Below, piece by piece: positions 52,201 through 64,000 of a DNA stretch of 64,000 nt. The position numbers and the translations under genes are program-made. Origin of the DNA: Laetmonice hystrix (lineage: Eukaryota); the NCBI GenBank assembly GCA_965235115.1, contig OZ249436.1:15254001-15318000 (forward strand), given 5' to 3'. Position 1 is the first letter of the stretch. Every line of letters begins with the position of its first letter. The notes beneath the pieces were generated by a model. It was not told where the DNA came from. It made no database searches and saw nothing but the letters and a program-made list of their open reading frames with translations.

Positions 52201-53798
52201 TGCATATAGACATGACAATGGTGATAGTATAAAATTTCCCACTTGTGGTTAAGGTAGAGGCTAGTGTTATAGTGGCAACCACATTTGAGTTTTGTTGAAA
52301 TATTTGAGAACAAAACTGAAAACTGATTGAGGACAATCACAAGACAAGGTTTAAATGCATTCCCCATTCAACCTCACACTTGGCAAGTGGGGAATCCACA
52401 ATAGAAAATGGTATACATGCCCCTGCTAGTCAGGTACAGTTGCATGGGGTGATGCATAAATTTCTTATCTGACTAGACTACCAAGTACCATAGTCCTTTC
52501 AATCAGGGTAAACAGAACTTTGCACATTTGAATGACTGATTCGGTATCTTGTCTGGTAAACAGGATTTGTATACTTTGGTAAACAAACGTCTACAATTTT
52601 TGAAAGCATCTGTAGTACTATCCAGTCCATCCATAAAAATGTTGACTGAGTTTTGGTCACTTCCTCATAGGTTTTGTCCCAGAGTCTTCATTCATCAGTA
52701 CATATTTCTAAACTTTCCAAAGCCTGTTGACAACGTGTAAACACGAACCCCTACAACAGAGATTAAATATTATGTCTGCCTCATTTGCAACTGTCACAGT
52801 AAATAAAATGATGATATAACCTGCCCAATGCTGAACCTTACGGGCTTTCTTTTTCTCACCTATCATTCTTCTCCTCCAGCTCTACTAAGATAGCAGGTTA
52901 TGAGATGACTAAAGTCAAAGGAAACAGTACGTATCATGTACACGTCCTCATTTCCCCCTCTCCCTCTGGATCATGCTGATCACCCAAACAAATATACTGT
53001 AACTGTACCTGCCAGAATGAATCCGCCAAGTCAGGCCCCTGTCATCTGAATTTTCGCTATTTTTTCGGGGGGGGGGGGGGGGGGTTAGACTGACAAAATG
53101 GCCTGAATTCCCAGCACTGTGCACTTCACTGAATTTAGGACTGGAAGTCATAAGACCTGATGATTTCCCCCTTCACTGTCAATCTTGCTTCTTCATTATG
53201 AGGGTTTAAACCAGAGGAGGTGACCACATCATGAGAACAAATAAAAGAAGATTGATGGACTTCTACTTCATGCTACAGCCTTGGCCTGGTCAATGTACAT
53301 GTATACCTCTTTCATTCATTCCATGGCACACATCTGGTAAGAACCAAAATCTAGATTTGTCCCTCATGCCACAAGCTTAGCCTCTGTACCGACTTACTGG
53401 GATGCAAAGTAGGCACAGGCTGGGTCATGTGACCAGCCTTTAGCACACTAAGTAGTGTTGTCTTTCCTGCATTATCCAGACCAAGGAAGATTATCTTTCC
53501 CTTTTTCCTGTATAGACCTGCCACAATTAAATACATTATCTTCTGATCATGTACATTCTTTAAGCACTCGTCTGGAAACAAGATAACATCTGATAAAAAA
53601 ATGGAAGAGATATAAATTTTTATAAAAAGTCTTTTTATCACATTATATGAATTCACAAACTTTTGATGGTAAATAGCAATGAACATAGATTTGCAAGATT
53701 TATAATGTAACCAGCACTTTTGCTATATTGTTATCTCCTTACAAAAGGGTCGTACCTAAGAAGTTCAAAACGCCAGCAAACCAATCCCAGAGGAACAT
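49297..53798 (-). CDS. SAR1: GTP-binding protein SAR1 (COPII small GTPase), 193 aa
   Basis: Exons 53798-53756 ([14 protein letters not shown]), 51710-51591 (or 53517-53398), 50870-50805, 50288-50185, 49843-49712, 49413-49297 (...[21 protein letters not shown]); 582 nt. Probable non-coding first exon with GTGAGT donor at 55663. Confidence 0.97.
51591..51710 (-). CDS. SAR1: SAR1 canonical exon 2B ([40 protein letters not shown])
   Basis: 120 nt, CAG acceptor, GTAAGG donor; canonical animal Sar1 sequence. Confidence 0.93.
53398..53517 (-). CDS. SAR1: SAR1 alternative exon 2A ([40 protein letters not shown])
   Basis: 120 nt, CAG acceptor, GTAAGT donor, phase 1-1; same size as exon 2B. Confidence 0.85.
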
Positions 53799-54855
53799 CT
53801 TGGTTGCTCCTTTCTGAAATACACAAGATGAATCCACATAAAACAGAGTTACAAAATGTTACGGAGTCAACCAACTTAATTTAGAGTATGTGTTTAATAA
53901 AGATCAGATCAGCTGAACGTCAGACATTTTTGGTCCAGTCAGACATCACAATCAACCATCACATAAATGACAATTTCTTTAACCAGTTACCATTTACCAG
54001 GGGGTACATATTTTCTTGGTGGTAGCTGCCGGGGTAGCTGTCACAAACAGAAAACCTATGCTATGGCAAAGCTCTGATGAGCGTACAACTATCTGAAGTT
54101 CAGAACATCGATTTTCGTCTCAAAATCGAGACCCAGAGGCAGAGTGACATTCAGGATCTCGCCACACAGGCAGTGAGTTTTTGCCGGACAAAATGACCAG
54201 CGCAACTGCAACAAACGCCGGACAATGTCGACGAGCGTCGGTCGTGACCGAATGTCCGATGCATTTCGGGAACACTGGCACCCAGTGATGAGACAACAAG
54301 ATGTTATATACTGCCACCGTATTATTGAGTATTCTTTCGAAAATTTTCCTCAGCTGCTTGTTGCACACAACTGGGCATTCGATGTTGGGAGTCGAATATA
54401 TGAACCAGTGTTCTAGCTAGAAGAAAATTATAGCATGGGGGTAACTGCTGTTTAGTGCTAGGTAGGTAATTGTGATGTGCTTTGCATCCCACAACTACGT
54501 ACCTAGCTAGCAAAAAAAATTGAAAAAGGGTGTAATTTGGTGCAATCTGGTGAACATTCTGCAGATCTAGTCTATCACTCCCCCACAACTGGTCTTCACC
54601 ATACTTATCACAACCCTTCACTGTTTTATATTGTATCAGCGATTTTTGGCCCTAAAGAATATTTTATAGCCTATGAATTGTTTTGGTCATGTACTCACTA
54701 GTATCAGGGACTAAACCTCAGTATATTGACCCAACATGCCAAAGGCTATCTTGAACACTGAACACTATGTCTATTGATTCGCACATTTCTTCAAAATTTA
54801 TCAGACCCAATCACTAATCTCAAAGCTATCCTACTGTATAACATATTAATCTCTG

Positions 54856-55111
54856 CGCAGTGGTTATTCTGCCATCAGACGGCAGAATAAATAAATTAGT
54901 TTGACTTTAAGTTATTTCCGCCACGAAACAATATGTTTGGGTTAGAGTGAAGGTTAGGCTAGGGTTAGTTTAACTTTAGTCCCAAAATTGTTGATATTGA
55001 TAATAAGGTGCCAATTAGATAATCCGCTATTCTGCTGTCATGCATCATGCAATAAGAATCCAGTATTGCAGTCACATGACCCATCCATACGCCGTCAGAA
55101 TAACCACTGCC
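54856..55111. mobile_element. MITE with 9-bp TSD (Mutator- or Merlin-like)
   Basis: TIR GCAGTGGTTATTCTG, TAATCTCTG duplicated at 54847-55 and 55112-20; internal fragment repeated at about 56328-56445. Confidence 0.7.
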
Positions 55112-55663
55112 TAATCTCTGTGTATCTGTATGGCAAGTTTGATCATGATTTATTGCAAAGAAAAGTTTATGAAATACGGCTGTTTGAATACACCGGACCC
55201 ACTACCAAAATAAAAAATTCTAACTTGGCGTTACATTTTGAACTGAAGTCTTGAACACATGAAACTCTGTAGAAGCCATAAAGAAGTCAACAACGATCCA
55301 TCTTTCTGTCACTCTACTGGGTTATACTGTTGACGTCAGTCACACCCCCCTCACTCAGTCAGGGCCAGGCTCTCAGCCATTGTGACTGTCTGTCAGTGTC
55401 ACATAGGTTAGAGAGGCTAACGTTAGCCTATTCTACGTACCGTCGTACGGTACTCTTCTTGGACTTGGACTTGGCTATCTAAGCCACAGGATCAGTGACA
55501 ACACAGTCAACAGTCATTGAACAAGACTTTCCACCGATACGCTGACTAATTCTTTTTCCGCCATTCAATATTTTGACGCAATATTAATGCGAATTACGAA
55601 GCTACAAAGAAAGATGTCATTAGCCCTATTATGCGGAAGACAATACAGGGAATCATTACTCAC

Positions 55664-56003
55664 TTTCACGGTCCTTCTTCTACCGTCGACGGACACGAAA
55701 CAAAATGGCCGAATGTGATGTCATCAATGGAATCTCCAACCTCATTTCTTATCTGAGTGTTCATTGGATAAACCAGTAGGGTATGAGACCTTTAAACACG
55801 CTTATTTTGTCTTTAATGCCCCAAGAAACATATGTCTACATTAATTTTTAAGCAGTAAACCTGATTTTATGGCCCACCTAAGTCATGTCGCTTTTTGATG
55901 AAAGGCCGTGAAAGTATTTGGATAATTTCGACAACTAATGATCCAATCAGAGATAGGTTTACTTTTTGTACAGGAAGTCAATCAGCGCATGTCCATGTGG
56001 AAA
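55664..56003. promoter_or_regulatory. Bidirectional promoter region, SAR1 <-> MRPS24
   Basis: SAR1 putative exon-1 donor at 55663 and MRPS24 start region about 340 bp apart; CCAAT boxes (about 55763 and 55943), ETS-like CAGGAAGT (55971), YY1-like AAAATGGC (55702, 56001). Confidence 0.6.
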
Positions 56004-57451
56004 ATGGCTGCGCCCTGCACACGGGGATGTTGTTGAAGGTTGTAATCTTGACATAGGCCTATTTAAAACAGTTAACATTAGGATTTAAATCCAAACTTGT
56101 AACGTTAGAGACATGATGATTACCAAATCATGACAACCACGCCTATAGTCTGGACTTTGCCAAAGGCAAAGCCGAGGCCGCGAAGGCTTGGCCTTGCCCT
56201 TGGGCTTGGCTTGATGCCTTGTTATGGCCGCTATGCGGCTGTCTGTCTATGCGGGTATGCCGCTCGCTATGGCTATGCTGGGCTGGCTATGCCTGGCCTG
56301 GTTGGCCTAGGCGGCCAGGCTAACGTTAGACGGCAGAATAAATAAATTAGTTTGATTTATTACCGACATGAAACCATATGTTTGGGTTAGGGTTTAGGTT
56401 GAATAGTGTTACTGTTGGTACTTAAAGTTTAGTCCCAAAATTGTTAATTAGGCTACCTTTACGTTTGACTAATTAGGCACTAAAACTAAAAGTTTTAATA
56501 TTATTTATGGGAAATTAGATCTACATAATTATGTCATAACGGTATAGTTTTGTTAAATTTCCTTCACCTGTAGCTGTAACAGTATCAGTAAAAGTCTGAA
56601 TGATCTCTGAGACTGAGGGTAAAAGTTTATTGCAATGATGAAATTGACTGCTTGCCGATGCAAAGTGTGACTGCAGTGATGTATATGCAGGCATGGTATT
56701 TTGTAAATATTTATTGTTTAAAAAGGGTTCCTTTTTACCTTATTCCAGGGCATACAGGGGGCTCTCCTAGTGAGGTGCCCCATGGCACGTTGCCTTAGCA
56801 CTTCGTTTGTTTGTTCCAAAAACTTGCGATCTGGGTGCTACAAAACTACAAACAACCGAAGCAAAGGTTTGACTTATGAAGAAGCCAATCAACCATACAA
56901 AATAGGTGTCAGAAAAGGATGGAATTCCTGGAACACAAGTGAGTAGCAAAATACTGAGTAAAAAAAAACAAATGAAAGGCCTTACCCAATCCATATGCAT
57001 AATCTTTTAATAGATCACCAGAAATTTTGCTCCTAAGAATGCACAAATTCAAAACGAGTCCAAACTCAATAAAAAAGCAATTCCATAACTTGAAATGTCG
57101 GTGTTGCAGAGTAAATGAGTAATGTAATGGAATCCTTAAGTTGCTCCTCTGTTTTAAGGCAACCTACATGAAGAGGACACTCACACAGGGGAGACGACTG
57201 TGGAAGACGTATTCATCCGTAAATTCATGCAGGGAACCTGGCACAAACTGTTTCTGTCTGAGATCATCATTAAACGGCGTCACAACTTGATCATAATAGC
57301 AGGACTTGTTAGCCAAAGATTGGCACCAAGGAAAATGTACTTTCTCATAGGCTACACAGAAGAACTCTTAGCAAATCTTCTCAAGCGGCCTGTCAAAATT
57401 GAAATTCAAACTGTACAAAGTAAAAAGGACATGATCTTTAAATGGATATGA
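56004..57451 (+). CDS. MRPS24: 28S ribosomal protein S24, mitochondrial (uS3m)
   Basis: Exons (56004 or 56027)-56038, 56749-56938 (LTYEEANQPYKIGVRKGWNSWNT), 57159-57451 (TVEDVFIRKFMQGTW...YFLIGYTEELL). In-frame start is ATG 56027 (164 aa); ATG 56004 is out of frame by 1 nt. Confidence 0.92.
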
Positions 57452-57823
57452 AGAAATTGTTGCAGGTCCACCAATTACCGCAGTCTGCAACCAACTGTCT
57501 GCCACTTCAGACATGTTATGCATCATTACTGGTACATGAACTAAATAAATGAATGCATTCATACATGAATTGTGTAAACATTCGTTGGTTTGGCTCTTTG
57601 ATGCATTGGGGAAATGCTAAGAGTATAATTAAAGGTAAAATCTACAGGCAGAGAGTGACTGGAAAAAATATCTGAAAATTTCTGGGGACATGGAGGATAG
57701 AACTGGAATTTGTTATGTTAGAGTTATTGCTCAAAATGTGTTTACAAACAAGATGGCTGCCAAGCAGCCATTTTGAATGATATCAAAAATCTATTTAACA
57801 TTTGTCATACTCAGAATATGCCT

Positions 57824-57947
57824 GGGTCCCATTCACAAGTGAAGTCAAGTCAAATGTAATTAACTTGAAATCCATTTTAACCAATCAGATTCAAGTAAAA
57901 TTAACTTCAAGTTATTTAAAATTGACTTAACTTTGTGAACCAGGCCC
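57824..57947. mobile_element. Short palindromic MITE
   Basis: GGGTCCCATTCACAAG...TTGTGAACCAGGCCC ends with internal inverted AAGTCAA/TTGACTT; related end at about 28250. Confidence 0.5.
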
Positions 57948-58860
57948 TGGTCACAATCGGAACGACAGCCATTTCTGGTTTACTTTCCTTTCGGGAACTG
58001 GACTCAGACCAAACTAGTTCCTACCACGCATTTGTACGGGCCACCTTATGGCACTAGCACCGACTGCCTCATCACTTCACTTGTCATCTGGCATGACATA
58101 CATGTAGTGCCAGTTCATTTAACACCAATAAAAGAAAATTAAGTCAATTGAACTAACAGATCTGCATTTAACAAAACTAGAAATTTAAGATGTAAGATTT
58201 AGGGCAAATAAATGCTGTTAATGATCAGAATTAGTCATTAACTTGATCCTAACTTGTTACCCACAAGTAGTGCGGGACCTGATGGCAGAGTCAGTAGGCC
58301 GCCGTCTGACCTCTGCTTTTTGGAGAGTGGACTCGGACAGTGAAAACGCCATCTTGCTTTGCTGACATCACCAAACTATTTTCAAAATGTAAACACAGAC
58401 ATGTTCTGATTGCCCTCGTCATTGTCTAAAGTTTGATACAATTTGCAGTGCTGCCATTTCATACTTTAAAGTATATTCTGTACTTTTTTTCGGTGTTTTT
58501 TTGCCAAATATTTTTTTCATTTTATGGTGCCATATTTTTGGGTTTAACATTGTTTTATTTCGCGAGTGCTCGACATACAACATGTGCAGAACTGTCGGTT
58601 TTCAGCACCAACGAAGAGAACTAAAGTTATAGCAATAAACAAAATAAGTTCAGTTAATTACAAGAACAAGATGGTAAGGATGGTAAATAGCAAAGAACAT
58701 ATAGACGGCTGAAGGTGAGAGAAGGGATGAGATGATAGTAATGAGATTGAATACACATCATTGTATCATATAACTTATAAGAAAGGTATTAATTGATTGG
58801 AAGGGGGCAAAAAGGTTTAAAATTGAGTACAAAAGACCAAACGACAGTGAAAATTTGTTT

Positions 58861-60100
58861 CTAAAGATTACCAAGCTCTGTCAACATTAGTCCTTTTGAA
58901 AATAGTTTAAATTCATCATATGTGGGAATATTTCTAGAGGCTAAGTCTAGCCTATTCCACTCAATAGATCCCCGATAACAGGTGCTGTTCATAAAGAATG
59001 AGATAATTGGTTGAGGAACCTTAAAGACCGGGCCATGATGCTGTCTGGTAGTGATTTGCCTATTATCTAAATAATGCGTCTTTGCCATAAAAATGGAGTA
59101 TTTGTGAATTTGTGCATTTCTAGTACACTCAGAGGTGAATCATTATTATAATTACATATTATACGTAAACATCTATTCTGTAATCTTTGCAGCATGGTGA
59201 GGTTATTTACTGAAGAAGCACCATAAATGGAGTCTCCATAATCAAAATACGGGAGAATCATTGATTTGAAAAGCGAAGAAGCAGCACCTGTGGTTAACAT
59301 GTAGTGAATCTTAGTAAGCATGTAAATTTTATGAGATATTGAAGATTTAATTCCTGAAATATGACGTGAGAAATTTAGGTTGGGATCGAGGGTGACACCA
59401 AGGTATTTATAGAATAGCACGTTGTTAATGGGAGAAAGATCAATGTTAAGATTCAATTTAGGACTTCTTTTGAGTTGTTGTTTCGTGCCAAAAGCCATCC
59501 CCTTCGTTTTTTTGATGTTTATAAATTGTTAATTTGTTACGTTTACACCATTGCACTAGGGCATTGAAATCAGTTTGAGCACAGTAAATAACAGTGTCAT
59601 CCGCATAGAGTAACACAATACAATGATTCACGACTGTGGGAAGATCATTGATAAAAATAAGAAATAATAGCGGACCAATGATGGAACCTTGGGGGACACC
59701 ACATGTGAGGGGTTTGGTATCAGAAAGGGAATTGTTAACTAAGGTTTTTTGAGCTCTGTTGGTAAGATAACTAATTAACCACTTGACCACACTATCATGC
59801 AAACCTATTCGAGAGAGCTTTTTAATTAAGATTTCATGGTTTATAGTATCGAAAGCCTTCTTGAAGTCAATGAAGAGAGCATATGTAACCTGTTTATTGT
59901 TCATGGCATGAAATATGTCATCAGTGCATTTCGAAGTACATGTAGTTTGAGCAGTGGAGTGTTTAGGACGAAAACCACCCTGGACACTAGTTAAAATATC
60001 TTTTTCCTGTAAGTGAATCATTAAGCGGTCATAAATTAATTTTTCACATCACATTTTTCACATCAGAGGATTCCCCTCCTTGGGGAGGGGGGTAACTATG
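58861..60100 (-). mobile_element. 5'-truncated, frameshifted non-LTR retrotransposon RT (CR1/L2-group LINE)
   Basis: QGGFRPKHST, FIDFKKAFDTINH, GVPQGSIIGPLLFLIFINDL, YADDT, KYLGVTLD, LQRLQNRCLRII across three overlapping frames. Confidence 0.92.
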
Positions 60101-60991
60101 GCAATAAAGTTTGTAATGGCCTTATACTTCGTATGTAAATACTTTTTTGATCTCATCTCCTTTATTTTGGTTTCAAACCTTAATTTTTCATCACAAATAT
60201 TGTTGCAAGATTTAGAATATTCTTTTGAGACTTTCAGGGAATGAATTGCGCTGCTTAGCCCAGGGCTGTAAATAGTAGCCGGTCACCAGTGGTAAATCAC
60301 TTTTGCAGCTTTTGCCTCTGCTTACTTTTTGCATGATGACAAAAAATAATTTTGTTCAACGTATTCATTTTTCTTGATCTTAAAATATTATTGCACCTAA
60401 GAACATTAAAAAAAACTTTTTCTCTCTCTGCCCACTTGGAGGAATTTGTTTCCTTATTTGTGAGACTCATTAATTCAGGCAGTTATTTATTACTTGTTTG
60501 GGAATACTTGCTGGCACTATGATAAACTATAAAGCAAAGTTCCACGTGGAGTTCACCAAATGTCAAGGCTGTCTTCGAGTTATGAGGTCTGAGTCTAGTC
60601 AAGGAAATAGGTTGGAGTCACCCATGATGTGACACACCAGCAGCTTTTGGTGTGTTTGATGCGGAAATAAAGACATTTCATGGGGCATACATGTATTATA
60701 ATTTAAACAAAGGATTTTATCCATTGTCAGTGAAGTATGTAGTAAATATGGCATACCTTTTCCGTACTTTTTTTGGGTCCATCTTCATACTTTTTTCCAT
60801 TCCAATCTATACTTTTTTGGGGCTATGGTCTGGAGGCTGAATTTGACCCATAGACTTCTGACAAATCGCCGACTACGGATAGATGGACGTAAACGTGTAC
60901 GTACATACATACAGAGGGTAAATTAGAAGACTCTGCTCCTTCGGGTTGGGGGCAAAAAAATTCTGAATTCCATGGCAAAACATCTGTAATA

Positions 60992-61150
60992 CAGGGGCGT
61001 AGGCAGCTGGGGGCAGAGGGGGCTGCTGCCCCCCCCCCCCCCCATATTTATAAAATGACCGCATGGCTCAATGCAAAAGCATAGGCGTAAGTCATTATGA
61101 CGTCACTTCTGCCCCCCCCCCCCAATATTTTTTTCCTTCCTACACTACTG
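60992..61150. mobile_element. hAT-like MITE, 5-bp TSD
   Basis: CAGGGGCGTAGG...CCTACACTACTG ends, TAATA on both sides; poly-C tracts inside. Confidence 0.6.
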
Positions 61151-64000
61151 TAATAGAATTCACACAGGTGTCTAAAACATCATGGTAGTATTTATTGAAT
61201 GACATCGAATGTACAGGCTTTCCCTATCTACCCACCCAAAGATTTGGCCAACTTCTTCATGATCCCTCATGCAGAGCACTTGGACGTTGTGCTACAACCC
61301 ACAGCTCCATACATTAAAACGCGGCTGCAATAAAACAGACTTTGTTTTGGGGTATTTATTTGGGCGGTTTCCATTTGTTTTCATACAATGGTATCTATAT
61401 ACATTTCAAAAACTGGTAGTCTAGTCAACCAACAAACGTCCTGCTGTTCACTCGCTGAAATACTTACAACATTTGTACTCTTGACGATCACAATGAAACT
61501 CTTGACTGCATACCAGTAATAGCCGGTTTCAAATTTCCTATGTTATGACTCCAGGCTGACATTTCATGATTACTGTACACAACCATTTATTGTAATTTAT
61601 ATACAGGGTTTTTATCAATTTGCGTGCATGAAAGAGTGAGCCAATAGTGAATACTGATAGTCAATAATTTCCCTTCAACAAAACTCAAAGTGCGATATTT
61701 TTAAACTGGCCCTTAAAAAAACAGCAAAAATTGTCCACACTGGTTTGCCCTGCGACTCTGGCCCATGATGGTAGACTAAATCTCTGAAACCACCACCATC
61801 ATTTTTAGGGAATTAAGATAGGAAAAGAATGACGTACATAGATTGTACTTGTAACAGGGAGAAAATAGAACCTACCGTTACGATCAGTACTTTTTAAAGA
61901 GCCTGGCATCCTGTACAGCGTCGAGTAAGATTACCACTAGGCTCCTTTTTCAACAAGGTGCATCTGGCGAGAACGCATGCATTCAAATTGATTAAATTAG
62001 CACCCAACCCATTCCCAAGGAAATTTGGCACCTGAAGATGGAACACTACATACACTTTGGTACTATTTGAGACCGTAAAAAGTGCAGGCAGTCTGTTCAT
62101 TTGCCTCACATTGTCCCAGGTATGACATTCCTATCTTATATCCTTATTTATCTATAAATATGCTCAAATATCCAACAAACGACATGTTAAGACGAGCGGT
62201 TCCATGACGCTGATTTCTTACAGTTAAAATCTCACTTCATGTCTAAGATGCATTTCTATAAGTCTTTCCCAACATGACTAGCACCTCTCGCCACTGAAAT
62301 CCAGGTTTAAAGGGAAACAAAAGATCACACAGCAGTGAGAATGAGAAGTTAGACAAAAGTTGGAATTAGGGGATGAGGAATGTGTCAAGAGCTGATTTCT
62401 TATGACAGATAGATCATAATTAGAGTACAATCAGCCCCATATTTAAAGGCTTAAATCTAGTGATGACCTTTTAGCTGTTTCAACATGGTTGGATATCCGC
62501 TCTCATTTTAAAATCTCAACAAATAGACACTGATCTCAAGTACCGGCACTACGAATTTTGATGGGGGAAAGATTGATACATGACAAAATTAATACCTCAC
62601 AAAATCAATACGCCCGCATGCCTGATCGCACAAACGGTCACCTAAGCCTTACTACGGACAGCCACCTGCCCCCAAAGTTTGGAACAAATGACTGAAACTC
62701 AAGGTAGCTTTTTATGCGGTAACGCATTAAAGTAAGCAGAAGCACTTGCGGATCTTTCCTTTTACATTTTACTTACATATCACTGAAAATTGGTAGGAAA
62801 CCTAAAACCATCTCAGTGCATTTTACTTATATATAGTACCCCGGTATATATTACTCGTAATTTTGCTTTCTGTGAGACCTAACACTACATCCTTGGCTTG
62901 CATGAGGCTCATCTTGGCCACACAAAACATACACTCAACACACTTCATTATAAACTTCTCTGTACAGATGCATTTAGGAGCAGTTTTTGTCTGCCCAACC
63001 AGACCCAACCAGAGGGATGTGCACACGTACCAAAACGTCTCTGTGATACAAAATCGTTCAGTCAGTGTATTCATTCCAATTATTGAAGTGCTATGATATC
63101 TTTATGGTTGGTCTGGCATGGCTGTCATTAGATGGGACAGCTTTCAGACGGATACATGTTATTTTGTGAATTTCCTTTTTTTCTTTCGCTTAGGATTCAC
63201 AGGACTATGTAAAAACTTAGTTAATTATCTATACACGGATTATTTGCTAAGCCTGCAAGGTGAAAATTTCACTGAATCGGCCTGTCGTTTGCATCGAGAA
63301 GCCAAGGCTTTTATTGTATAGCTCAGCCTTACAGATTACGAAGACACCTTTGCTCATTCACAAATGTGTGGTGAAAATATGCAAATATAATGTACATATT
63401 ATGATGCAGGCTACCCTTGTACATTGACTGTATCTTATTGTGAAGCTCGCCTTTTCTCACTTTTTCGATATCACTTATATGACTTTGAAGTTTTAATTAT
63501 TGTGCACATATGTATAATACTTTGTGTTGATCATATTTTAGGCCACACCATGTATGGCTCTCATACATTCAACATTCAAAGAAATGGTTTCTATTAGCAA
63601 CAGATATTCATAACAGATTCCTGTTATCAAGTTTGGTGTAATACTAAAATAGTATTTGTACAAGTTTCCATCTTCTCCTGTCCTCCATTAACTTTCTTCA
63701 CTGACAGCACTGATCTCTACCCATGTCATGTCAAACAGCATGCAATATAACCCCATTCTTCAGTGTAGCCGTCATATATTTTACGATCAGCTTGGAGCTT
63801 TACACTTTTGTTTATGCTAGCTTAACAGGTACAACTTCTCTATCAAGGTAAGCACTCTTTTTTTGTTTGAAGTAAAATTAATTTCGGATACAATAGGATC
63901 TGTAGAATTTCCCTGAAATTGTCAGTGACTTACATGGAAATTTACTGTGTTACGTTTACCACTATTAATATTAAAACACCAGTAGCAATACTAAAAGGAT

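Noticed and set aside
61894..63321. Short ORFs and possible exons near the window end (VPNFLG..., HPSGW..., GFTGLCKN...)
   Set aside because: Could not be assembled into a frame-consistent gene or a convincing domain.

Overview
Eukaryotic, intron-rich animal (marine invertebrate-like) genomic DNA; no prokaryotic systems, RNA genes or CRISPR arrays were seen. Manual splicing of GT-AG exons gives seven genes: an uncharacterised tandem calponin-homology (CH-CH) gene (-, 3' part unresolved), kelch/KLHL2-3 (+, 593 aa), CISD2 (-, 135 aa), UBE2D/effete (+, 147 aa), a divergent Sar1 paralog (+, 196 aa), canonical SAR1 (-, 193 aa) and MRPS24 (+). Six of them form three head-to-head pairs. Highlights: (1) SAR1 has two alternative 120-nt P-loop/switch-I exons and lies tail-to-tail with a divergent paralog, so the locus can encode three Sar1 switch-I variants; (2) UBE2D has two tandem 64-nt exon-2 copies that look mutually exclusive; (3) the kelch gene ends DKPM-UGA-C, like the readthrough site of Drosophila kelch; (4) TA-NNNN-TA palindromes (TAGGCCTA, TACATGTA, TACCGGTA) are strongly enriched and look like transposon excision footprints. 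Introns carry many non-autonomous DNA transposons (Ginger1-, Kolobok-, Harbinger-, hAT-, Tc1/pogo-like), and there is a decayed LINE RT, a (GGGA)n tract and a 52/47-bp minisatellite. All coordinates were counted by hand.
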